From assembly GCF_006345805.1 (NCBI RefSeq), contig NC_043000.1, forward strand, positions 85,684,001 to 85,748,000: 64,000 nucleotides of DNA, given 5' to 3'. The translations under genes were made by a program, and so were the position numbers. The notes under the pieces are model-generated. The model was given only the letters and a program-made list of their open reading frames with translations. It was not told where the DNA came from and did not search any database. This stretch comes from Octopus sinensis (taxonomy: Eukaryota). The stretch's first letter is position 1, and every line of letters starts with the position of its first letter. Below are positions 12,675-25,208 of the stretch, one piece after another.

Positions 12675-14216
12675 ATTGAAGGTTTATGATGCCTGTGGTG
12701 TATCTCATTCTCCCATTATAATTATGTGTGTAGCTTCAGGGAGCTGGAATGGGTCACCGATTTGTGACATCCGTGTGAAGTGACGTGATGAGAATGGCTC
12801 CTTAGTACATCACACAGTCGATACAAATATAAATAGAACAACACATATACGTGCCAGAGGGAAATGAGAGACACAACTGGGTAGAATGTTTAAGAGAAGA
12901 TTTATTGATATGTTAATGTGTGTTTGTGTGTGCATCATATATACAGAATAATAGACAGGCTATCATAAGAACAAGATGTATGTATGTTAACATATAAGGA
13001 TGGCAATGAAGACGAAACAGTGAAAGAATCTATAGCCATCGAAATGAAGAGTAAGTTCATAGACACAAGAATGATAAATACCAGTTCGTAGTCAGTTGTA
13101 CACAATAGTTGAAATATTGTATCAAGAAGTTGCGGTGATGATACAGAGCCAGTTGCAGTACATGTCGTACGTGAAGTTGTGGCTGTAATGCTACTGCCTA
13201 GGTCGCTTGGTACAGGAGTTCTCACAGCTTGTATATTTGCTGTTGATCTATAGCGAAGTAATTCACTAACAGAGCAGTGTTGTAACCAGGGCGAGTAAGT
13301 AGAGAAATGTTGATGTTAGGACAAATGGTGGTGACGAAGATGGAGGTCACCGAATGCTGTTGGATAAAGTTGATGAGTCTCCACATGGCTGCTGTTGTGT
13401 TGTCGCTGGAACTGGCTGTGTCTCATGTGGTCAGTGGCTAGACCTTAAAAGGTCTGGAACCGAAAGACCTTGAGACAAAGAAAAGTTAGGTTTTTATAAG
13501 GAGTTGTAGGCTCAAAGCTGAATAGAAAACAGGCTCTCACACATGACCTTATTTGAAAGCTGCGATTGGTTGGGTTGCATATTGGCACAAATAGAGTAAG
13601 AGACAAATTGCGCCAATACCAACCAATCAGAGTAGTGGACACAACAGGGTCCAAAATGTGGCCAAAGGCTAGCTGTTATCTACTATGTTCATATGTAGAT
13701 ATAATAGAGAGGAGAGACATTTCACTCAAGTGTACGCTACAGATAGCCCCCCACCAGTCATTTTGTGGGTGACAAAATAGACGATAAAAGGAAGCTATTT
13801 CTGTAGCGAAGAGGTGAAATTAGAAAGAGCGGTTGGTCATTAAAGTAGAATAAAAGCTGGCACTGAACTATGGAAGGGAATGCATATTCTAAGTCGGGGG
13901 AGTCATTTTGTAATGGAATGTTCATTCATTTGTTTGAGAATGCAAGTGAATTCTACCATTCTGTAGTTCGGATGAGGCATCTACAACGATAAAGCTTGCA
14001 GCTGCCGAAATCCTTTTTCCGTCAGGTTTACTATTTTATAATGAAATTGAAGGTTTATGATACCTGTGGAGTATCTCCTTCTCCTATTATAATTGTTTTG
14101 GAGTTTCAAGGAGCTGGAACGGGTCACCATTATATAATAGAATTGAAGATTTATGATACCTGTGGAGTATCTCCTTCTCCCATTACAATTATTTCTGTAG
14201 TCTTAAGGAACTGGAA
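12675..14216. repeat. About 95-bp repeat unit in three copies (12675-12758, 14045-14128, 14141-14216), the first separated from the others by about 1.3 kb
   Basis: Unit AATTGAAG(G/A)TTTATGAT(G/A)CCTGTGG.GTATCTC.TTCTCC.ATTA.AATT...GAGCTGGAA.GGGTCACC is seen directly. Confidence 0.8.
12763..13774 (-). mobile_element. Possible solo LTR-like segment
   Basis: TGTGAC...GTGACA ends. On the minus strand there are CCAAT boxes (about 13565-13585), a TATA-like CCTTATAAAA (about 13492) and AATAAA (12901) in U3-to-R order. No target-site duplication was found. Confidence 0.3.
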
Positions 14217-15688
14217 AAAAATAAGAAGTTTACAAGTGGAGTGCAATCCAATAGTCGTTTATTTTTAGTTTTCATTCATGTGGCTCACTCCCAATGACCA
14301 TCTTTATGGCAGTGCATGGTTCATTAAGGTCCATTACCTCTGGAGATAACAGGTGAAGATAGAGCGGGATAAGAGTCCGCTGTGAGCTGCCAGCTTTGCA
14401 GTGTTTCTCAGTGTAAGCAAGAAGGAAGAAACAGAAAGAATGTCTTAATTCTCCTGCTTAAATAGTCGTTGCCGTTGAGAGTCTTGCTGTCATCTTGCGC
14501 ATGGAAAATGGTTGCAGGTGAGATCTCGCTCCTGTCTCTGACATGGTAATGGCTACTGGCAAGATCTCATACAAAATGGCGCTGGTTTCTTGTGCCTCAC
14601 TACACACCTGACACAGAAGTGCTAGAAAGGCTGGCTGTCTCAGTATGGGTTCATCATGTCTTTGTAGATCTTGCAAAATAAGGTGGGAATGAAGGCTGAT
14701 TGTCAAAAGGAAATGGTTTCAGAGAGAGAAAGGGATAACTTAGCATAAAAAGTGGGACAAAATATTGTTACAAACAAGAGAAATTATATTCAGATAATTT
14801 CTCAAAAATAGTGAACTTGGCAACATCAAGAAGGCGGAATGATACTGTGAATTCGGAAGTAACAAGAGTCCAGTCAAAAAGAAAAAAAAGAGATAAAAAA
14901 GGTAGAAAATAAATCACTAGACTAATGAATAAAAGAAGAGCTCACCAAAAGAAGTCTACACATTTCAGAGGTAAATGAAAGAACTGTTTACTTATTCCAT
15001 AAATGTTATTGGCCTCTTAATTACAGTTCATGTATTTTGGATATACTCAACAGTTTTATTTGTTATTTTCAACTCTTCTGACTTCTTTGAATACTGCTTC
15101 TTCTGCTCTAAGCAAGGTGGTTTGCTGAACTTCGCCTACGTGGTCTTCTGAGTTATCAGACACAAACTGTTGTGGCTTCAGGAGGCCATGTGTGACATAA
15201 CAACTGGTGTCAGAAGTGGGATCTTCATTGCTGCTGTGAGCCAATTATTCACTATGGACTCAGAAAGATTATGTACAAGGAGCCAGACAAGGACAGAAGA
15301 ATTATCTCTGGCTACAATTGTGAATGACTAAACATTTGTAGAGGAAAAAAGACCAAGTCAGTAATCCTTATAGAAGTGAATATGATAGGGAACAGTGGAA
15401 AATTAAGATGACTGAAAAAATCAGTACATATACTGAGTCTACTCAGTAGGTCTAGTATTATACTAGGCCTACTGAGTAGACTCAATTAATTTGGAAGTGG
15501 TTAATTAGAAAAAACATAAAATTTAATTAAAAGTTAAAGCTCAATACTCCTTATTTTTACTCTTAACACTTATATTCACTATATGATAACTGGACAGTGA
15601 ACATAAACATTGGTTAAGTGTAATAGTTAAGCTAGAGGGCATGAGTTCAATTTCTAGGTCAGTCAAACAATGTGTGTGTGTGTGTGTA

Positions 15689-16577
15689 CAGGGGTTGGAT
15701 AAAATAATGGAAATACTTGTTAAATTGAAGTTTTATTTAATAGGGTTGGTGCATATTTGGTAGCTATCACAACTTTAATACATCAAGGAATTGACTTATA
15801 AATGTTCTATGGTATAGCTGCCCAAATCATCACAAAGCTTTTGCTTCACACTAAGGATTAAACAGTTAGGGTTGAAGGCTTCTTTGTGCTGTCTCCAGAT
15901 ATAAACTCACCCTGAAGTGGAAAAAAGGTGAATGATAATTCATCTGAAAGCTGACATTGTTTCATTTAGATATTGACCACTTGTGATAGTCTAAACACCG
16001 TTTTCTCTGCTTATCAATACTGATGGGGGATAGGAGAGGTTTAGGAATTGCAATCCTCACATGGTATCCAGCTTTGTAGAGCATACAACAAACAATTTTA
16101 GTTGACATAGAGCTAACAAGTTGGTTTAGCTCTGCTGTCATTTTTGCTGCTGTAGTTTGATTGTTTTTAGATACAATACTTTTCACTGTTGTGCTGTCCC
16201 TTTCTGTGAGCTTTGCCTTCTGTTCAAAATTATATTTGCCAGATCTGGTTTTACCTCAGTTTTGGAATGCCAACATGATTTTAGAGACTGTATCTCCTGA
16301 ATCATTAAAATATTCAGTAGTTTTGGTTACTGAAACTCCAGCGATCCATGTACCAACAATTAATCTTATTTGAAAATTATATAGGTTATGTACTCATTTA
16401 AATATAATATCTACAAAAAAGGTGAAACAGAGGACTATATCCTGAGGTACAAGGTATGTGTAATGTATATGAACACATAATTACAGGCTAGAACTGTTTT
16501 GAATTTATTACATTACCAGTAGAAAAAATAGCTATATAAAAATGGTGTAGTGTTTCCATTATTCTATCCAACACCTG
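15689..16577 (-). mobile_element. Internally deleted Tc1-like DNA transposon
   Basis: TIRs CAGGGGTTGGATAAAATAATGGAAATAC and CAGGTGTTGGATAGAATAATGGAAACAC, with TA at 15687-15688. ORF 15962-16186 (NQTTAAKMTAELNQ..STKIV..LYKAGYH.R.AIPKPLLS) is the Tc1 HTH and linker region. Confidence 0.9.
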
Positions 16578-16705
16578 TGTGTGTGTGTTTGTTTGTTTGT
16601 TGCCATTTCAATATGACTGTTCCATACGGAACGGAGCAAAATTACTAATCTTTTTTAACTCCAGGAGAACACCTTCTCCAGTTGGTTAACAAAACAAGCT
16701 GTGTC

Positions 16706-16855
16706 TGATATATTGCAACCAGGGAAGCAAACTCTTACCATCTAGTGATTTGACAGGACCAGTAGACCAGCCTGGTTTCAGGATATTTGCTCTTCCTCAA
16801 TACTGGACACCTGTCTGCTAGAGATGGCAGTCATTTGCCCCAACTCCCAATATAT
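16706..16855. mobile_element. Copy of the short inverted-repeat element also at 57700 and 58040
   Basis: Shares TACTGGACACCTG(T/C)CTGCTAGAGATGGCAG with those copies and has ATATATTG...CAATATAT ends. Confidence 0.65.
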
Positions 16856-16981
16856 ATATATATATATATACTGTGGTTCAAGTGAATAAACTAGTGACAT
16901 CACATGTAAACAAATGATTAACGGAATAATATTGTTGGTGTGGACAATGAAATGAAAAGAATCTACCTCTTGTGGATTTAA

Positions 16982-17202
16982 CCCTTTTGTTACCATATTT
17001 CTATTGCAATACACTGCTTCTTTTCAATTAATTTTGAAAATAATGAAAAATTAGATAAAATAACTTTGCTATTATTAAGCTGGTATTTTGAACATAGAAT
17101 AACATGAAATTTTAAAGCAAAAATTCAACTTAGACCATTTTGAAACAAGAATCGTGTATCATAAAACCACAGGCAGCCTTGGATGTGTTTGTATCAAAAG
17201 GT
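16982..17202. mobile_element. piggyBac-type MITE (family P1)
   Basis: TTAA at 16978-16981 then CCCTTTTGTTACC. Ends ATCAAAAGGT with TTAA at 17203-17206. Confidence 0.75.
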
Positions 17203-17729
17203 TTAATACACAGTTATCCCTTCCCCTAAAATTGTTGGCCTTGTGCCAAAATTTGAAACCATTATCTCAAAGTATTTGGACTATACATGGTGAAGAAACA
17301 TTGTAAATAAAACAAGATTTCTGAGTATTGTCATTATGTGTAAAGAGATTGTTTTCATATCTGTCCTTATTTTCAGCCACTTTAAAATTGTTAGGATAAT
17401 ACAACAGAAAAATGGGAATAAGATTTGAAAAGTATCGATTATTTACAACTGCCCATACCCCCCTCCCCCATACACACACACACACAAAGAAATTTTACGG
17501 AATTAGAAAACACTTGTAGTTAATTAAGAAATATTTTCAATAAATTGCTAAACTGAAATTGTTTACACCTCTCATTTACAATGCCTTGTTCTATATTTCT
17601 GGCATAAAAGAAGTCTATTTTTAATATTACTCTATGAAAACTAACTACAAAGAATGGGAGAAACTTGGTGTCAAATAAGCAGAAGTTATTATCAAAAATA
17701 CAACATAAATAAATACAAAGACTCAGCAT

Positions 17730-19035
17730 TAATAATGGTTTCTAATTTAGGTACAGGGCCAGCAATTTGAGGGGGAAGAAGGCAAGCTGATACCATCAAC
17801 TTCAGTACTTGCCTAGTACTTTCTTTATCAACCTTGAAAGAATGAGAGGCAAACTGACCGTGGTAGGATTTGAACTCAGAATATAAAGAACTGGAGCAAA
17901 TACTGCGAAACATCTTTTTGAAACACCAACAATTCTTCTACCTCACTGCCATAAAATATTAATGGTTTCAAATTTTGGCACAAGGCCAACAGTTTTGAGG
18001 GAGGAAGTAAGTTGATTATATCAACCCCAGTGTTCAACTAGTACTTATTTTATCAACCCTGAAAGATGAAAGGCAAAGTTGACCCCAGCAGCATTGGGAC
18101 TCAGGTGAAAATGCCACTGACATGTTAACAATTCTACCAGCTTGCCACTTTTATAATTATAATAATCCTATCTACTCAAGGTAGAAGGCCTGAAATTTTA
18201 GGGTAGGGGACTAGTCAATTACATTGACTCCAATGTTTCAGTGGTACTTAATTTATTGGCCCCGAAAGGATGATAGGCAAAGTCGACCTCAGCAGAATTT
18301 GAACTCAGAACATAAAGACAGACAAAATGCCACTAAGCATTTCACCCAGCATGCTAACATTTCTGCCAGCTTACCACCTTAATAATAATTATAATCTTTT
18401 GTATTAAAGGCACAAGGCCTGAAAAGTCTGGGCAAGAGATTAGTCAATTATATCGACCCCAGTGTTTCACTGGTACTTAATTTATTGACCCCAAAAGGAT
18501 GATAGGCAAAGTTAACTTCAGGGGAATTTGAACTCAGAATGTCGCGATGGGCAAAATACTGCCAAGCATTCCGTGCAGCTTGCTAATGGTTCTGCCGGCT
18601 TGCACCCTTAATAATAATGATGATGATAATGATGATTTCAAATGTTGGCGCAAGGCCAGCAAGATTGAGGGAGGGACTGAATTGATTACATCAACCCCAG
18701 TCCTCAGCTGGTACTTATTTTACTGACCCCAAAAGAACAAAAGAATGGCAGGCAAAGTTGACCTTGGCAGAATTAGAACTTAGAACATAAAGATGAATGA
18801 AATGCCGCTAAGCATTTTGCCCAGCATGCTAATAATTCTGCCAACTCATCACCTTAATAATAATAATAATAATAATCCTTCCCCAGTGTTTCACTGGTAC
18901 TTAATTTATCAACCCAGAAAGGATGAAAAGCAAAGTAGACCTCGGCAGAATTTGAACTCAGAATGTAAAGACGGACAAAATGCCACTAAGCATTTTGCCT
19001 GGTGTACTAACGATTCTGCCAAATCACCAGCTTGG
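17730..19035 (-). mobile_element. Head-to-tail array of six SINE family A copies (about 17730-17952, 17961-18150, 18160-18380, 18391-18609, 18633-18855, 18877-19033)
   Basis: Each unit has ...CCCCAGT...GGTACT..TTT.AT.GACCCC.AAAGGATGA.AGGCAAAGT.GAC...GAATTTGAACTCAGAA..., separated by (AAT/GAT)n tracts. Confidence 0.9.
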
Positions 19036-19084
19036 ATGATGATGATGATGCCACTGCAGCCGATGATATGCCCTGATGCAGTAC

Positions 19085-19620
19085 CAGCCAATGGCTCTCA
19101 TGGCTTCCAATCTTAACTGATAAGAAGTGTTATCATGTACATTGTTTTGTCTTGATATATAAGATGAGCTACAGCAAATATTCTGCTCAATACCACAGAT
19201 TTGCTTGTCAGCTGTTTGATCATAACCAGTTGAGCATGTCCCTTAGTGGCTGATGATATGTGCATCTCTGATCACGAGCAGAAGTAGTGGGGGAGCATCA
19301 TAGCCATGTGTTAAAAGGAATTCTTTGGGGTTTGGATAATTCACCTTTGGAAATATGGGTGTTTCGTTCAACATCTTTAAACAACTTTTATTCAGGGACC
19401 TTTTGAGCAGGATTGACTACTCAACCTGAAGAAAATTCTAACTGGGCCCTTGCAAGGTCATGCACTGTTTATTTTGATATGGGATCACCATGTTGCATAC
19501 ATATGGTTGTGATTGATGTGCCTGGTGTACCTTAATCTGATGGGTATACTGGGCTTCGTATATTTTACCCCAGTGTCACTTTGATGGCATGCACTGCTCT
19601 CTCATTCAATAATAATAATG
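19085..19620 (+). mobile_element. About 530-bp interspersed repeat with an (AAT)n tail (SINE- or LINE-tail-like)
   Basis: A reverse partial copy lies at about 54640-54800 (AATTCCTCTCAACACATGGCTATG...CCACTAAGGGACATG...CAAATCTGTGGTATTGAG). Confidence 0.65.
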
Positions 19621-20469
19621 ATGATTTCAAATTCTGGTACAAAACCAGCAATTTTCAGGGGAAGAAATGTTAGTCAATTAGATTGACCCTAGTACATGAC
19701 TTGTACCTTATTTTATTGACCCCAGGCATTGTTGTCATTGCTGCTACTGTTGCCATTGTTGCTTTTGTTCTCATTGATACAGTTTTGGGGACAGTTTCTG
19801 CTGATTTTACTGCTGTAGTTATTTAACTTTAAACTGTTGATGATCTCATTCTTGACACTGTTGCTTTCATTCTCCTTCTTGCTGCTGTTATTCATGTTTT
19901 CAATAATGTGGTTGTTATTGTTGGCCTTGCTGCTGTCATTACTGTTGTTGTTGCTGTTGCAGTCTTTGTTTTGTTTGTTACCATAGTCACTGATACTGGA
20001 CAAAATTCTGTTACACTTGATATGATGGTAAACTTGTTTCAGCTGTCACTGACTTGCCATTGATGTCATATTCCATTGCCAGAGTCCATCATAGTTCCCT
20101 CTGGAATGGATAACGCTCTCCATTGTCAGTTACTAATATTACATCTTGTTTCAGCATTAAAAAACTTTTTGAAACAAATTCAAAATCTTTGTTTTTCCAA
20201 GTAACTAAAGTATTATCACTGTAAACATCCCTTTTCCAGAGGTGTTTCTAAGCAAAATAATCTCATAGTAAGCAAGACAACATCAATAACAAAGTTATAA
20301 CAAAATAAATTACTGAATGGAGTTCTAACTGGCTGAAATGATGGGAAGGATTCTTAAAAATTAGTTTCTGTGTATTGATAGTATAACAACTATAATAACT
20401 ATTTAGCCTTAAAATACATCGTACATATTTAAAGAACCTTCTTGGGTGGTACGAAACGTTCTTCTGGTA

Positions 20470-20740
20470 TTCTTTTACTTGTTTTAGTCATTTGACGGTG
20501 GCCATGCTGGAGCACCACCCTTTAGTTGAAAAAATTGACCCCTGGACTTATTTCCTGTAAGCCTGGTGCTTATTCTATCAGTCTCTTCTACTGAACAGCT
20601 TATTTACTGTCAAACAATGGTGGTGGTGGTGGTGGGGGCAAACACAAACACACCACACATGACAGGCTTCTTTCAGTTTCCGTCTACCAAATTCACTTAT
20701 GAGCCTTTGATTGGCTTGAGGCTATAGTAGAAGATACTCT
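20470..20740 (-). mobile_element. SINE family B, 3' and central part
   Basis: GGCCATGCTGGAGCACC...GACCCC..GACTTATT...GGCTTCTTTCAGTTTCCGTCTACCAAA...CTATAGTAGAAGA, shared with the other family B copies. Confidence 0.7.
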
Positions 20741-21244
20741 TTAAAATATAGAGTTGAATTTCCTGTAGCCAGTTATTGGCAACTTTTCTTCCCCACCCAT
20801 TTTGTAGGCGATATTACTCATTTTTCTGTGCTCTTTTCACAGTTAGGCCCTGTTCACAATTTGTATTAGTTTTTGCATGGAAAAAAAAGGGAGGCGGACT
20901 TGTTTGTAGAGAAAACGTTAAACTGTCGGAAAAATAAACATGGTCGTTCTGCCAACTAAAAGACATGAAGAAATATGAAAGAAGGTGAATAAGTACTGGG
21001 GGTGGGAGAAAGAAGAGAGAACTAATACTTGATCATTTTAGAACTTCCAGAATAAAAATGTAAATACCTAAAAGACTTTCCCTCTACTCATTACTAAATG
21101 TCTTTCCCTCTTCTTCATTGTTAAAAGTAAAGATGCTAGAAAAGATCGATCGTATTTCAGGCTAATTGTCACTGTAAATGACTGATGCTTTCCTTTCTCC
21201 GTCTCTATCACTTCACTCCTTTTCTCTACTGTTAAGAGAGTAAC

Positions 21245-21540
21245 AGTACATAGCTCAATGGTTAGGGTATTCAGCCCATGATCATGATTCCCTGTGGTGC
21301 GCTGTGTTCTTGAGCAAGGTGCTCTACTTCGCCTTGCTGCAGTCCACTCAACTGGCAAAAATGAATTGTAGCTGTAATTCAAAGGGGCCAGCCTTGTCAC
21401 ATTTTGTGTGAGGCTGAATCTCCTAGAGAACTACCTTCTGGTATGTATGTCTGTGGAGTACTCAGCCACTTGCATGTTAATTTTATGAGCAGACTGTTCT
21501 GTTGATCAGATAAACAGGAACCTTGTTGTCGTAACTGTCA
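21245..21540 (+). mobile_element. tRNA-headed SINE family C, with a second partial copy at about 21880-22025
   Basis: A-box-like TAGCTCAATGGTTAG head, TTGAGCAAGG core, and GGC(A/C)AAAATGA.TTGTAGCTGTAATTCAAAGGGGCCA repeated in both copies. Confidence 0.65.
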
Positions 21541-22419
21541 AGAATACCATTTTTTAAAAAGAGTGAAAGTAAAGGAAATGTTCCATATTTTAAGGCAAAA
21601 ATGTTGTGTGTTTAGTATAAGCAGTGAAAGCTAAGACAAAATAATTGCTATTCCATTGTGTATTCGCCCTTGACTCACACTCAGTTTGATAACAACAACC
21701 TGCATATCAGTGTTTATTTGAAGACTTGGCCTCCAGATCTGTGAGACCCACAAATGTTGCTGTTAGGACTGGATTAACACACATAGTGACCCTAACGACT
21801 AAAAAGATTTTCCTGCCCCTATATAGGCTCTTTTCCCATTTTCTTCCAATCACTTGAAGGTTTATCTTGCTTCATTCCATTCAGCTGGCCAAAATGAGTT
21901 GTAGCTGTAATTCAAAGGGGCCAACTTTGTCATATTCTGTGTGAGGCTGAATCTCCCTGAGAACTATGTTAATGGTATACATGCCTGTTTGAGTACTCAG
22001 TCACTTGTGTGTTAATTTTATCCTCGTGTTGTAATGAAAAGTGAAAGTGATATCCAATATTTGCTGTAGTTGCCTTTGATTTAACAATGTGTCTCTGTAT
22101 CTGTGTATCAACTTTCTTTTGATTTATGTATCTACTGTCTCTCACACTTCCTCTGTGTCCTTCCTCTCTCCCACTTTTAATTTAACACTGTGTGTATGTA
22201 TCAATGTATAAACTTTTCTTGTGAAGTGATAAATATTTAAAACACAAAACGAATGCCATCACCACTCACTGTCTCTCTCACTCAGTCTCTTTCTCTCTCA
22301 CTTCCTCTCTCCTGCTTTGCCACTCACTTCTTCCTTTGAGGTAAGTGTGACACACACCACAGGTACAGACGTACAAAAGCAACAAGTTGGCATATTAATA
22401 TTATTGATAATAAATAATG

Positions 22420-22632
22420 GTTTCAAATTTTGCCACAAGGACAGCCATTTTGGGAGAGGGGATGAGTCGATTACATCAACCCCAATGTTGAACTGGTACT
22501 TATTTTATCGACCCCAAAAGGATGAAAAGCACAGTCGACCATGGCAGAATTTGAACTCAGAACATAGCGATGTATGAAAAACCACTAAGCATTTTGCTTG
22601 GTGAGCTAATGATTTTGCCAGCTTGCTGCCTT
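22420..22632 (-). mobile_element. SINE family A, near full length
   Basis: Same structure as the array copies, preceded by (AAT)n. Confidence 0.8.
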
Positions 22633-22729
22633 AATAACAACAACAACAATAATAGACAAGAGAAGGCATAGGTAGACATTCCATGAGATGTACCTGGTGT
22701 AAGCTACGGACACATAAGAGGTGCAGCAA

Positions 22730-22995
22730 TATCAAAGGAAGGCTAACTTGAAAGATAGTTTTTAGTGTGGCAATAACACTGAAAATGTGCAGAAAACAGA
22801 TTCCATCACATGCCAGGGGGAAAAACTAAAAGTAGTTGATAGCTTCCATTACCGAGGTGACCAAGTCAGTAGCAGGGGTGGATGCTCTGAGAGTGCAGCT
22901 GCTAGAATAAGAATAGCCTGGGCAAAGTTCAGAGAGCTCCTACCTCTGCTGGTGACAAAGAGCCTCAGAGTAAAAGGTAGACCGTATGGCTGAAA
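22730..22995 (+). mobile_element. RTE-clade LINE reverse transcriptase fragment
   Basis: GEKLKVVDSFHY.GDQVSSRGGCSESAAARIRIAWAKFRELLPLL is the post-catalytic V..F.YLG...RI..AW..F segment of RTE ORF2. Confidence 0.8.
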
Positions 22996-23119
22996 TAATT
23001 AAAACGGATAAAAGATAAAAGCTATTTCAACATGAATATTTCAAGTTTATAACCTTATTCTAACCACTATTAGAATTCTACAGAATTGTTACTACTTCAG
23101 CTTCTAACATTATGGTGCT

Positions 23120-23510
23120 TTGACAACAGAATGATATACAAGAAATTAAAAACCGTTTTTGGCAATAATTCATCTCAGATGTTTAGAAATGGAATTGGGC
23201 TTAGTTTTAATGGCATTGCATGATCATTTGGAATTTGTTTTGTTCATGTCATGTGCAAAGAGTGTAGGACTAATTCTTTAATGCATGTGGTAACTGTATC
23301 TTATTGTTGTTATTGTTGAAGCCTTGTTTGTCATATCACTATTGAAGAACAGTTTTGAAGTCTTTCTTCATGAAGAAATTTAAGATAAAATGAAAAGTGG
23401 TATCATCTGCATGTAAGTGCATGTATAGCTAGAAATAACAGTAAGACGGTCATTAATGTAGAAAAAGAAGAGTATGGAGAAGACACCTAAACAAACACTG
23501 GCATTCACCA
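23120..23510 (-). mobile_element. Decayed CR1/Jockey-like LINE reverse transcriptase fragment
   Basis: Minus frames give FFFYIND..., LHADDTTFH and CNAIKTK, matching the LF..FINDL...YADD.TL...FNASKTQ pattern. Confidence 0.55.
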
Positions 23511-23659
23511 AAGCTGAGAGAGAGAGAGAGAGAGAGCCCAATCTACATCTCCTCTATGAGGTTCAAGGTCCTAAGATCAACCTTCGCTAATTTGTCCCAT
23601 GTATTCCTGCATCTCCTTCTTCCAGAAATTCCATAATAGAAGTAACACTATTGCATTAT

Positions 23660-24750
23660 CATCATTTAATGTCCACCTTCCATGTTGGCATGGGATGAAT
23701 GATTTGACAGGATCCAAAGACCCAGAGGACAGTGTTGAGCTCTGATGTCTGTTACAGCATGGTTTCTACAGTTGGATGCACTTCACTTGAGAGAGTGCAC
23801 TGGGTGCTGTTTTCATGACATTGACACTTGTGAGGTCATCAAGTAACTTGTAAGACAAAGAAAAGGAAGATGTGTCCTCAACTGAGTAGGGGTTGTAGAA
23901 GAGGTAGAGGTGGCTAAAAGTATCATAGAGAGACAGGCACAGGTGTCTTGCTATAGAAGAGATACATAGTTGTCTAGCATTGCATAGAAATGGGTAGGAG
24001 TAGCTAGTAAGAAGATAAAAATGTTGGTGGCAGGTGTTAGAGCATACTCTTAAAGCAGAAGACAGTGAGTATATAAGAAAGAATGCAGACTACGGATTAT
24101 AAGGAGTTTGCATAACATTTTGGGCTGTTAATAGAAGAAAAGTATTAATATTATTCCTTCAAAATCTAGACAAACTTTTAAAAATTTTATTTGAAGAAAA
24201 CAGATGCTGCACTTATCCTGTCAACAATGTTTTGGATTGAATGTATGAAAAGGATGAGTGAAAGATATATGGTTCATGCAATCATTTCTCTACCAACTCT
24301 TCCCTCTAATATCCCCTGCTCCCTTCCACCCTCTCAACTATTCTGACCCTTTTGATGTCTTACTCTCTTCACTATCCTCCTCCTAGTCCATCTGTGCAAA
24401 TGTACATTCCCTAGGCTGTTAAGTACTCTCTACACTTAAACTCCTCTCCACCTCCAAACTACCTGCTTCTGATCATTGCTCACTCTCCTGTTCTCCTCTT
24501 CAGTTTGCATCTTAGGTTACTGAGTACTTGTGTTGTTTTCATGAGAAAATACCCCTAGGACACTCTGTAAAGTGGTTAGTGTTACGAAGAGCATCTAGCC
24601 TTACAAACCAAGCTCAGTGACATGTATGAGCACAAGTCTTTAGGAGCAGTAGCTCTCAATAAGAAATGATTTGGACTGTGATGATCCATCTAACCCATGC
24701 CAGCATGGAAAGGTGTAAAGTGATGACAACAATGATAATAATAATGATGG
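23660..24750. mobile_element. Two RTE-tail repeat copies in opposite orientation (about 23660-24100 minus, 24480-24750 plus)
   Basis: CATCATTTAATGTCCACCTTCCATGTTGGCATGGG versus AACCCATGCCAGCATGGAAAGG..AAA.TGATGA. Confidence 0.6.
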
Positions 24751-25208
24751 AGTCTAAGCTGAAGTTAGGAAAATAGGTTAGGTGAAATTATGAAGCCTTT
24801 ACCTGTATTCATCTCACTGAATGAGAAATTGTAATTTAAATTTATATCAGTTTCAGAGTTGTTATCCCTTTCACCTTGATCAGATTTGATTACCATTAGT
24901 CAGAAGGCCTATGTTTTCTATTCCTAATGATAATTTTAATTATAGTGAGAAAAATATTTGCTCACAACATTAACTATATTAGTACGCATTTAACTATTGT
25001 TTCATATGGATAAATTCTCTAAATAATTTCTCTTAGTCATTATGTTGTCATGCCAACTCATTTGCATTTTTTATGCATCAATATAAAGAACCTCAAGTAT
25101 TACTACCTCTGGCAAGTACTGAAAAATGGCAGGTTTTAAGGAATTCCATCCAACAGATTGAAACTAGCCTAAAGTTTTCATTGTAATTACCAAGTAACAC
25201 ATTAAATT

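Noticed and set aside
15056-15244. HGLLKPQQFVSDN resembling a Gypsy integrase motif
   Set aside because: Only a few residues match and there is no supporting integrase sequence on either side.
17730-19035. Regularly spaced repeats resembling a CRISPR array
   Set aside because: The units are about 220-bp diverged SINEs with no unique spacers or cas genes, in eukaryotic DNA.
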